Source: a virus
Lineage: Duplodnaviria > Heunggongvirae > Uroviricota > Caudoviricetes
Virus record (IMG/VR): IMGVR_UViG_3300036884_000676
Reading direction: 5' to 3' (one strand)
Length of the DNA: 64,000 nt
The position numbers and the translations under genes were made by a program. The notes beneath the pieces were generated by a model. The model had not been told where the DNA came from, did not search any database, and worked only from the letters and a program-made list of their open reading frames with translations. Positions 29,842-36,187 of the stretch are shown here, piece by piece; within the stretch, counting starts at the first letter, position 1; every line of letters starts with the position of its first letter.

Positions 29842-29872
29842 TTGAAACTTCGTTCTAAAAATATATATAATT

Positions 29873-29956
29873 GGCTGGGTGGCGGAACTGGTAGACGCGC
29901 GGGACTTAAAATCCCGTTCCTGTATGGGAGTGTGGGTTCAATTCCCATCCCGGCTA
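29873..29956 (+). tRNA. tRNA-Leu(UAA), canonical class II
   Basis: Full cloverleaf, loop CU-UAA-AA, long variable arm. Confidence 0.93.
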
Positions 29957-29957
29957 C

Positions 29958-30068
29958 AATCTCTGACATGGCACCCACTCTAAGGGACCAATACGAAAAG
30001 TTTGGGAGCTATCTGGAACAAGGCCGGAAGGCAGAAGGGATGGTAGTGGGGAGCCTAAATCAGAGATT
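29958..30068 (+). ncRNA. SRP (4.5S)-like hairpin RNA
   Basis: Long rod closed by AAUCUCUGA/UCAGAGAUU, apex CAAG-GCC-GGAA-GGC-AGAA versus canonical CAGG-UCC-GGAA-GGA-AGCA. Confidence 0.45.
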
Positions 30069-30125
30069 TTTTAAATATTTTTATCAAATAATTTTTTTTA
30101 TTCAGAAATTTGACATAATTTTGTA

Positions 30126-30535
30126 GTCCCTTGTTTGATAAAGAGTGTGAGTCAAAGGAAACAATAAAGATTTTTAAGTCTTGAGTTCCGGCTGTAAAGG
30201 TAGCATACTCTTGTTCTTTGATTTAATGATGAAAAAGTTAGTTCTCGAAGATTAACGGCACCAGAAAGGTGTACGACACTCGTTGAGAGTGTACGATACT
30301 AAGAGGTGTATCAGAATCTTTGAAACGGGTATAAACCCGTTTGGGGAGGCGAGCAGCCGAACCAAATACAAACTCATATAACTCCGGCCCGCAAGTCGGA
30401 TGAAAATTGAGTATTCAGTTTTGCGGAACTGTTGGGATAGCTAACATAAATTTATTTGTTGTGGTGATAAGTCCAAATCGATATGATTTAGTTCAGGAAG
30501 TATCGGACTAATTTGGTGAAAAACAAACACAACAA
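30126..30535 (+). ncRNA. Large structured RNA candidate
   Basis: ORF-free, starts after a TAATTTTG promoter; contains a pseudoknot, a four-way junction and many hairpins. Confidence 0.6.
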
Positions 30536-30538
30536 CAC

Positions 30539-30600
30539 GGACAGGTAGCTTAAGAGAGAGCCGTATCAACGAGACGGTGGTTTAAACCCACCTCTGTCCA
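30539..30600 (+). ncRNA. 62-nt tRNA-like RNA with a truncated anticodon arm
   Basis: Acceptor GGACAGG/UCUGUCC-A, D-arm-like GCUU/GAGC, T arm GGUGG-UUUAAAC-CCACC, anticodon arm only CGU-AUCA-ACG. Confidence 0.6.
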
Positions 30601-30773
30601 CAATATAAAGGGTGCAAAACTTGTTTTAACAATGTTTTTCGGGACGGTTTAGTTAAATCGGTTATTCTTAACCAGCCCTTCTTAGAAAATTAGAAGAATC
30701 TGATACCCGATGGTGTATAGGATACCCGAAGTACAAGGGATGATCGGTGGCAACACAATCAACTTCTTTTAAC

Positions 30774-30904
30774 GAGTGTATTAGTGTAACGAAAGCACAG
30801 GCTGTTTGATGTTAGAGTAAGTTTTAGACGGCGGTCTTGGTCATTAGATTGACAAAACTGAAATATCGTAGGTCGGATGAGGGTTCAAATCCCTCATACA
30901 TTCC
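30774..30904 (+). ncRNA. tRNA-like RNA whose anticodon loop is replaced by a ~55-60-nt structured insert
   Basis: 8-bp acceptor GAGUGUAU/AUACAUUC, D arm GUG/CAC, T arm GAGGG-UUCAAAU-CCCUC; no assignable anticodon. Confidence 0.65.
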
Positions 30905-31080
30905 AAAAGGTGATGTGATGGAATAGTTTTTTCCATCCTGTTTTAAGGAGAGAACATTTGAGGATAAAGCGAGCCTACATCACAAACAGGATCACCAAAT
31001 AAGGTGAGGGAAACAAAGTAGAGTACCTTTTCTTCGGATTGAGGCCTTCGGGCCGAGGGAAATGACCTGTTCTCCCTCAA
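30905..31080 (+). ncRNA. Double-pseudoknot structured RNA candidate
   Basis: At least seven 6-8-bp complementary pairs, two of them crossing; ends at a U-run. Confidence 0.55.
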
Positions 31081-31176
31081 CTTTTTTAAAAAACGAAATT
31101 AAATTAAACTTTTTGAAAAAAAAGTTCTAAAATAGAAAAAAGAGACTTTATAAGTTAAATATATAATAAAAAAACA

Positions 31177-31249
31177 TATCCAGTAGGAACGTAAGTTCCG
31201 TTTTGGGACGCTCAGCGACCCAGAGGGGAAAACTCCCCGCAACTGGATA
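31177..31249 (+). promoter_or_regulatory. GC-rich four-way-junction RNA at the 5' end of the rplL-tRNA transcript
   Basis: UAUCCAGU/ACUGGAUA closing GGAAC-GUAA-GUUCC, UGGG..CCCA and GGGG-AAAA-CUCCCC arms. Confidence 0.55.
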
Positions 31250-31260
31250 AACTTTTTGAA

Positions 31261-31431
31261 ATGATTATGACACAGAACATCCAAAATATGATTATTAATC
31301 AGATACCCGGTAAAAATACCGATTGGATGAACTTTGTCTATAACGAATATAGAAAAAACCCAATCGGAAACGATTGGGTTTTTTTGTTTTATATGTCCAC
31401 CATAGTTTTTAACTGGTGTTCTTTGAAATAA
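31261..31431 (+). CDS. Met/Ile/Gln/Asn-rich leader peptide (MIMTQNIQNMIINQIPGK...)
   Basis: 14 of the first 15 codons encode M, I, Q or N; overlaps antiterminator and terminator. Confidence 0.75.
   Translation: MIMTQNIQNMIINQIPGKNTDWMNFVYNEYRKNPIGNDWVFLFYMSTIVFNWCSLK
31358..31385 (+). terminator. Attenuator terminator ACCCAAUCG-GAAA-CGAUUGGGU plus U-run
   Basis: Perfect 9-bp stem; competing strand CCGAUUGG at 31319-31326. Confidence 0.85.
31417..31428 (+). promoter_or_regulatory. boxA-like antitermination element TGTTCTTTGAAA; also 31878-31888 (+) and 45368-45378 (-)
   Basis: Matches rrn boxA consensus; found only at tRNA operons in this window. Confidence 0.55.
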
Positions 31432-31508
31432 TGATAAATCATATTCGGATTATAAGTTCAAAACTGATAATCTGAACATAAAATGTAAATAAAAATAAAT
31501 TAGAAACT

Positions 31509-31886
31509 ATGGAAGATTTAAAAAAATTAGCGGATGATCTGAGTAATCTCACCGTATTAGAGTGTTACCAGTTAGCTAAGATAATGAAAGAAGAATACGG
31601 AATAGAATCAAATACAAAAATTGTTGGTGTGAATGTATCACCAGTTCCAACTAAGGTAGTTGAAATTGAAAAAACAAGTTTTGATGTGATTCTAAAATCA
31701 GCAGGAACAACCAACAAACTTGGTGTTATCAAATCCATCAAAGAAATGACAGGACAAAGTTTATTGGAAATTAAGAATCTCGTTGATAATGCACCAGCGA
31801 AACTAAAAGAAAATGTAAGTAAAGATGAAGCTATGTCTTTACTGAATATTCTGAAAGAATTAGGTGCAGAAATTGAAGTTCTTTGA
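31509..31886 (+). CDS. rplL: Ribosomal protein bL12 (L7/L12)
   Basis: LSNLTVLE...LAK.MKEEYGI; EKTSFDVIL; KLGVIK; KE.VSKDEA...LKELGAEIEV. Confidence 0.95.
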   Translation: MEDLKKLADDLSNLTVLECYQLAKIMKEEYGIESNTKIVGVNVSPVPTKVVEIEKTSFDVILKSAGTTNKLGVIKSIKEMTGQSLLEIKNLVDNAPAKLKENVSKDEAMSLLNILKELGAEIEVL

Positions 31887-31899
31887 AAATAATAAAAAA

Positions 31900-32025
31900 T
31901 GTAGTAGCGAGTTTGAGTGTTACTTCGTAGCTCAACAGTCGAGCATCAATCAGTTAAATTGAAAGTTGTGGGTGCGATTCCCACCGAACCCGAAAGGGTA
32001 ATATCACTCAATGATTATCTCTACA
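31900..32025 (+). ncRNA. tRNA-Asn(GUU)-like domain whose acceptor is embedded in a long closed stem
   Basis: D, anticodon (UCAAU-CAGUUAA-AUUGA) and T arms present; 3' acceptor strand interrupted by a CCC-GAAA-GGG hairpin. Confidence 0.6.
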
Positions 32026-32035
32026 TTTTTTTAAT

Positions 32036-32113
32036 GGGTGTGTAGCTCAGTAGCGTTAGAGCGCGACACTGATAATGTCGAGGTCGTAGGTTCAAGTCCT
32101 ACCATACCCACCA
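32036..32113 (+). tRNA. tRNA-Ile(GAU), canonical, CCA encoded
   Basis: Full cloverleaf. Confidence 0.95.
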
Positions 32114-32123
32114 AAAATAACAC

Positions 32124-32205
32124 TGTGTCGTACGCAGCCGATCCTGATAAGATCGAGAACTTGTAACTGGTGTTGAAAATGTGGGTTCGAATCCCACCGG
32201 CACAA
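32124..32205 (+). tRNA. D-armless tRNA-Ile(GAU)-like RNA with long variable region
   Basis: Acceptor UGUGUCG/CGGCACA-A, anticodon arm CGAUC-CUGAUAA-GAUCG, T arm; only 8 nt where the D arm should be. Confidence 0.7.
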
Positions 32206-32214
32206 CAAAAATTT

Positions 32215-32286
32215 GGGTTGGTAGTACTAATGAAAAACGGCGGCCTGTTAAGCCGCGAGATGTGGGTTCAAGTCCCACCCGGCCCT
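32215..32286 (+). tRNA. tRNA-Asn(GUU) with a weak D arm lacking GG
   Basis: GCGGC-CUGUUAA-GCCGC; GGGUUGG/CCGGCCC. Confidence 0.8.
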
Positions 32287-32295
32287 CAATATTAT

Positions 32296-32369
32296 TCCTC
32301 AGTAGCTCAGCTGGTTAGAGCATTTGACTGTTAATCAAAGGGTCACAGGTCCAAATCCTGTCTGGGGAG
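32296..32369 (+). tRNA. tRNA-Asn(GUU); T-loop is UCCAAAU
   Basis: Full cloverleaf. Confidence 0.9.
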
Positions 32370-32375
32370 CAAAAT

Positions 32376-32451
32376 TCGGAATGTTTGTCTGTGATTGGGT
32401 GCACCACACAGATAATAAAGGAAAAATGTGGTTCAATTCCACCATTCCGAG
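32376..32451 (+). ncRNA. tRNA-like RNA with acceptor and T arm plus one long central hairpin; no anticodon assignable
   Basis: UCGGAAU/AUUCCGA, GUGG-UUCAAUU-CCAC, UCUGUG/CACAGA. Confidence 0.5.
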
Positions 32452-32459
32452 CAAAAATA

Positions 32460-32551
32460 GGGAGTGTAGCTGATTTGGTTTAGCGGCAGACCGTTAATCT
32501 GTGACTGAAAATATTGAAATAAAGTTGGTTCGACCCCATCCTCTCCCGCCA
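32460..32551 (+). tRNA. tRNA-Asn(GUU) with a 21-nt AU-rich variable region, CCA encoded
   Basis: GCAGA-CCGUUAA-UCUGU then GACUGAAAAUAUUGAAAUAAA. Confidence 0.8.
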
Positions 32552-32559
32552 GTACATAT

Positions 32560-32638
32560 TGTGGTGTATCCCCCATGTCTTATAAACATGCATTAAAAGG
32601 GTAATAGCGTGTATGTGGGTTCGAGTCCCACCACCACA
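32560..32638 (+). tRNA. D-armless tRNA-Ile(UAU)-like RNA with long variable region
   Basis: UGUGGUG/CACCACA-A, CAUGU-CUUAUAA-ACAUG, T arm; 6-nt D replacement UAUCCC. Confidence 0.7.
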
Positions 32639-32644
32639 ACAAAT

Positions 32645-32716
32645 GGTCGGGTAAGCTAACGGTTAAACTGGATGTCTTATACACATCTTTTAAGAGTTCG
32701 AATCTCTTCCTGACTA
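32645..32716 (+). tRNA. tRNA-Ile(UAU)
   Basis: Cloverleaf, GAUGU-CUUAUAC-ACAUC. Confidence 0.88.
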
Positions 32717-32721
32717 CAAAT

Positions 32722-32797
32722 GGCGAGATAGCTCAGACGGTTTTAGAGCGTCGGATTCATAACCCGGAGGTCGAGGGTTCAACTCCCTCTCTCGCTA
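32722..32797 (+). tRNA. tRNA-Met(CAU), elongator-like
   Basis: Cloverleaf, UCGGA-UUCAUAA-CCCGG. Confidence 0.9.
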
Positions 32798-32805
32798 CCC
32801 AAAAT

Positions 32806-32877
32806 AGTCCTATGGCGTAACGCGAAGCGTGACTCCCCTTGAAGGAGATGGTACTGGTTCGAATCCAGTTAGGACTG
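32806..32877 (+). tRNA. tRNA-Gln(UUG)
   Basis: AGUCCUA/UAGGACU-G; loop CCUUGAA. Confidence 0.82.
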
Positions 32878-32882
32878 CAAAT

Positions 32883-32968
32883 ATCAATGTGAACGGAATG
32901 GTTATCGTAGAGGTCTCATAAGCCTTTCAACTCGTTGAGTTGTGGTGGTTCGAATCCACTCATTGATA
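32883..32968 (+). tRNA. tRNA with CAU anticodon (Met or Ile2) and a long variable arm
   Basis: GAGGU-CUCAUAA-GCCUU plus CAACUC-GUU-GAGUUG arm. Confidence 0.8.
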
Positions 32969-32974
32969 CAAAAT

Positions 32975-33045
32975 AGTCCTGTGGTGTAACGGTAGCATGC
33001 GAGCCTTTGAAGCTTTGGGTACAGATTCGAATTCTGTCAGGACTG
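32975..33045 (+). tRNA. tRNA-Gln(UUG)
   Basis: Cloverleaf, loop CUUUGAA. Confidence 0.85.
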
Positions 33046-33051
33046 CAAAAT

Positions 33052-33124
33052 TGTTCTGTCGTATAATTGGCAGTACAGCACCCTCTGAAGGTGTATGGTG
33101 TAGGTTCGAGTCCTACTGGAACAG
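33052..33124 (+). tRNA. tRNA-Gln(CUG)
   Basis: GCACC-CUCUGAA-GGUGU. Confidence 0.9.
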
Positions 33125-33129
33125 CAAAT

Positions 33130-33201
33130 GGTTCTGTGGTGTAATGCGTAGCACGAGTGATTCTGAATCACTTGGTTAAGGTTCGAATCCTTACAGAACT
33201 A
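33130..33201 (+). tRNA. tRNA-Gln(CUG)
   Basis: AGUGA-UUCUGAA-UCACU. Confidence 0.9.
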
Positions 33202-33202
33202 C

Positions 33203-33517
33203 ATGAAAAAGGACATAAGAAAGACATTTCGTAAAGAGGTATTCACCAGAGATAAGTATACTTGTAAAGGATGTGATCAAAAACTTGATGAATCTGAATT
33301 GGATGCACATCACATCACTGACCGCAATGAAATGCCAAATGGTGGATATGTGAAAGAGAACGGTATAACTCTTTGTAAGAAAGATTGTCATATAAAAGCT
33401 GAAAAATTTCATATAACAGATGGAAAAGAATGGGTAGAGGGATTTCATCCAGATGACTTATACGAGAAGATTGATTCATCTAAGGGGAAGGCTGTTTTAA
33501 TGTCTCAAATTATTTAG
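33203..33517 (+). CDS. HNH endonuclease
   Basis: RDKYTCKGC...DAHHI...NGITLC...CH. Confidence 0.8.
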   Translation: MKKDIRKTFRKEVFTRDKYTCKGCDQKLDESELDAHHITDRNEMPNGGYVKENGITLCKKDCHIKAEKFHITDGKEWVEGFHPDDLYEKIDSSKGKAVLMSQII

Positions 33518-33584
33518 AATAATGAGAAATAATTTTTTTATTGATTTAATTTTTGTATCTTTGTATTGTATAAATTTAAATTAT

Positions 33585-33857
33585 ATGAAACAGTTTATTA
33601 AACCATCAACATTCAAAGAAAGAAAAAAAAGACCAGATAAAACGAAAGTTGATGAATTTATCGAAAAGTTCAACAAACTTATAAAAAAGGGAGAATTAGA
33701 GGCTAATGATGTACTCAATAAACTCCCATACTTAAATGAATCTGAGTTTAATCTGGCTGTTGCTATTGCTCGTGAAAATGGTTGGCAATTAACTCAATTT
33801 GAAGATAATTACAACACGACATCTTACCAACTTACAGAAATAAAACTTTCTGTTTAA
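33585..33857 (+). CDS. Hypothetical protein
   Basis: ORF after TATCTTTG promoter. Confidence 0.55.
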   Translation: MKQFIKPSTFKERKKRPDKTKVDEFIEKFNKLIKKGELEANDVLNKLPYLNESEFNLAVAIARENGWQLTQFEDNYNTTSYQLTEIKLSV

Positions 33858-33883
33858 AAAACAATATATAATCATTGTTGTAT

Positions 33884-33954
33884 TGTCCTATGGTGTAATG
33901 GCAACACGTGGGTTTTTGGAGCCTTAGTTCTAAGTTCGAATCTTAGTAGGACAA
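33884..33954 (+). tRNA. tRNA-Gln(UUG)
   Basis: UGUCCUA/UAGGACA; loop UUUUGGA. Confidence 0.85.
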
Positions 33955-34049
33955 CTCTATCACAATATACAAGAAGTCAACTACGATGGGAATCGAGGCC
34001 AACACGACAAGGATCAAACTTCGTTATAAAGATATTGTGGATTTTTTCT

Positions 34050-34075
34050 CCCAACCCGAAAGGGTTGGGTTTTTT
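34050..34075 (+). terminator. Intrinsic terminator CCCAACCC-GAAA-GGGUUGGG-U6
   Basis: Perfect 8-bp stem plus U-run. Confidence 0.85.
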
Positions 34076-34096
34076 ATTAAATTAATTATGATTAAC

Positions 34097-34312
34097 ATGA
34101 GTACAATTTTAGAACAGAGAATCAAGATGGATAACGATGTCTTAAAACGAATAAGACGCGAGATCTTAAAGAGTGCCAAGAAAGGTAATTTATATTACTA
34201 TTGGGAAGTTACTGGATTGAATGAATCCACTATCAGATATATTGTTGATATATTGGAATCTGAGGGAAAAATGTTTAAGAATAAAGGAAGTTGTAAGATT
34301 ATCAGGTGGTAA
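34097..34312 (+). CDS. Hypothetical protein (start MSTILEQ)
   Basis: The ORF-track start at 33986 runs through the terminator; internal ATG preferred. Confidence 0.55.
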   Translation: MSTILEQRIKMDNDVLKRIRREILKSAKKGNLYYYWEVTGLNESTIRYIVDILESEGKMFKNKGSCKIIRW

Positions 34313-35294
34313 TTGGTTGTTTATTACTATATTCATTTTTTAAAATATTCATCATATCTATATGATTATGAACAGTTTTTATCTGATAAATATGGTCTAA
34401 TCCGTATTCCTTTATTATATTATCTATTCTTTCCTTTTCCATTCCATGCGAACTATAATCACTTACTCTTCTTCCACCTTCTTCTTTAAAATATAAAATA
34501 CTTCCCTTTGGGATCTTGAATGATTTATCATTAACAGCCCATTCTCCCTCAGTTTCGAATGTTACACTATTTATTTCAAAGGCTTTTGAAAAAAGTTTCC
34601 TCAGTTCAGGAAATTCTAATTTGTCTTTTATGTAATCTTCAATTGGTTTCCAATTTTTCCAAGGATAATCCTTTGTCATTGGATAATCAACAACATATTC
34701 TTTTAGCATTTCCAAAATTATCTTGACAAAATCATCAAGATTATTTATATGTAATTGACCTAAATGATAAAGATCATCTATTTTTTCCGACAAAGTATAA
34801 TGAATATCCTGAATATAATTAATTATACCGTTTTTATCATGATAAGTATCAAATTTAAGTCCACCATCTCTTTTTTTCTTAATATTTCTATAAGCTAAAT
34901 TTTGAAACAATTTATCTAATGCCCCAGTGAAGGTTATATCTCTTTTACGGCCATTTTTATATTCGATAAATTGTGGATCATTCATTACTAATCTTCTCCA
35001 GTACTTAAAATTTTGTTTACAAAAGAAATCTGGATTGAAGTATTCTATGGGTTCTAAGTTTTTATTCAATTTCAAGACTTCAGAACCATTCATTATGACA
35101 AGCAACTCTCTGATGTCAAACCAGTGTTTTGCTATCCCATAATGGTCTGAAATTCCCTTTAAATTCAAAAATTCCATCCTCATTAAAGAATCCCACACTT
35201 TATCATCTCCAACTCTTAAAACTAAATAGAACCAATTAGGTTCATTCTTGGGAATCCATTTCTTTTCGAATATTTGAAAATCAGTAATCATCAA
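34302..35294 (-). CDS. Hypothetical protein with CTS-like N-terminus (MITDFQIFEK)
   Basis: TAATATATA upstream. Confidence 0.6.
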   Translation of the reverse strand: MMITDFQIFEKKWIPKNEPNWFYLVLRVGDDKVWDSLMRMEFLNLKGISDHYGIAKHWFDIRELLVIMNGSEVLKLNKNLEPIEYFNPDFFCKQNFKYWRRLVMNDPQFIEYKNGRKRDITFTGALDKLFQNLAYRNIKKKRDGGLKFDTYHDKNGIINYIQDIHYTLSEKIDDLYHLGQLHINNLDDFVKIILEMLKEYVVDYPMTKDYPWKNWKPIEDYIKDKLEFPELRKLFSKAFEINSVTFETEGEWAVNDKSFKIPKGSILYFKEEGGRRVSDYSSHGMEKERIDNIIKEYGLDHIYQIKTVHNHIDMMNILKNEYSNKQPITT

Positions 35295-35319
35295 TGTATA
35301 TATTATTTTTTATGGGCAC

Positions 35320-35342
35320 AAAAAAACCGTGAATTCACGGTT
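35320..35342 (-). terminator. Intrinsic terminator
   Basis: AACCGUG-AAUU-CACGGUU plus U-run on the minus strand. Confidence 0.75.
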
Positions 35343-35364
35343 TAATGTTATATTATATTAGAAG

Positions 35365-35994
35365 TTAAAAGTTAATACCAGTATAATCAATAAGATCTTT
35401 CATATGTTCATTCTTATGTCCTTCGGCGTGTTCCATAGCTTCAAAGATATCTGTCTTACTTCTTTCAGTTTTGAATCCATTTGTAATTATATCAACATAT
35501 TTAGGATCTGTCCAACTTTTAAATCCAGTTCCATTGATTGCATATGGGTTGAATCCCCAATGAGCTTTACACTCAACACCATCTTCAATTGTTGGTTGAA
35601 AAAAATCCAAAGATCCATAATTTCCAACAAAAAATCTTTTCTTTGTTAGTTTATCTTCAAACATCAATCTATATACATTCTTTAAGTCTATCCAATAATA
35701 TCCGTAGCAAATTCTATATCCGTATTTTTGGGTTTCGCTGAATTTATTTGGATTGAATGAAACATTTATCTTTTTTGGATTTTTTGCTTCTATTACTTTA
35801 TAGTAATTGTCGAATGTAATTCCAATCTCATGAAATTGACCATCTATTAATCCTGCATAAGATCTCCAACCCAGACCAAAAGCACAATCATACCAATCCC
35901 ATTCACGGGCAGGGATATTCTCTTTATAAAGTGGTTGAACGACTAACTTTCCTTTACGGATAGTCAGTCTTTCAATCGGATTTATTGTTTTCAT
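35365..35994 (-). CDS. Hypothetical protein (start MKTINP)
   Basis: ATGA coupling to upstream gene. Confidence 0.55.
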   Translation of the reverse strand: MKTINPIERLTIRKGKLVVQPLYKENIPAREWDWYDCAFGLGWRSYAGLIDGQFHEIGITFDNYYKVIEAKNPKKINVSFNPNKFSETQKYGYRICYGYYWIDLKNVYRLMFEDKLTKKRFFVGNYGSLDFFQPTIEDGVECKAHWGFNPYAINGTGFKSWTDPKYVDIITNGFKTERSKTDIFEAMEHAEGHKNEHMKDLIDYTGINF

Positions 35995-36176
35995 TTTCTG
36001 ACGGCTAAAAGAATGATACCGAAAATAATTATAATTACTGCAAAAGGAATCCACAATGGAGAAGTAACCCACCACCATGACCATGTTATAGCACCTGTTA
36101 ATTTAAGAATTAGGAATACGATGAACAATACTGTTCCGAAACTCATTCCACCACTTGCTGTTGAATTTTTTGACAT
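35991..36176 (-). CDS. Small two-helix membrane protein
   Basis: LFIVFLILKLTG.ITWSWWWVTSPLW, a common phage membrane family pattern. Confidence 0.7.
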   Translation of the reverse strand: MSKNSTASGGMSFGTVLFIVFLILKLTGAITWSWWWVTSPLWIPFAVIIIIFGIILLAVRK

Positions 36177-36187
36177 AATATTAATTT

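Noticed and set aside
29842-33179. ORFs 29842-30126, 31099-31284 and 32997-33179
   Set aside because: They run through tRNA or structured-RNA genes.
31900-33201. CRISPR array or tandem repeat suggested by regular spacing and recurring GGTTCGA
   Set aside because: The recurring strings are tRNA T-loops; there are no identical repeats with unique spacers and no cas genes in the window.
33986-34096. N-terminal extension of ORF 33986
   Set aside because: It crosses a strong terminator; ATG 34097 is preferred.
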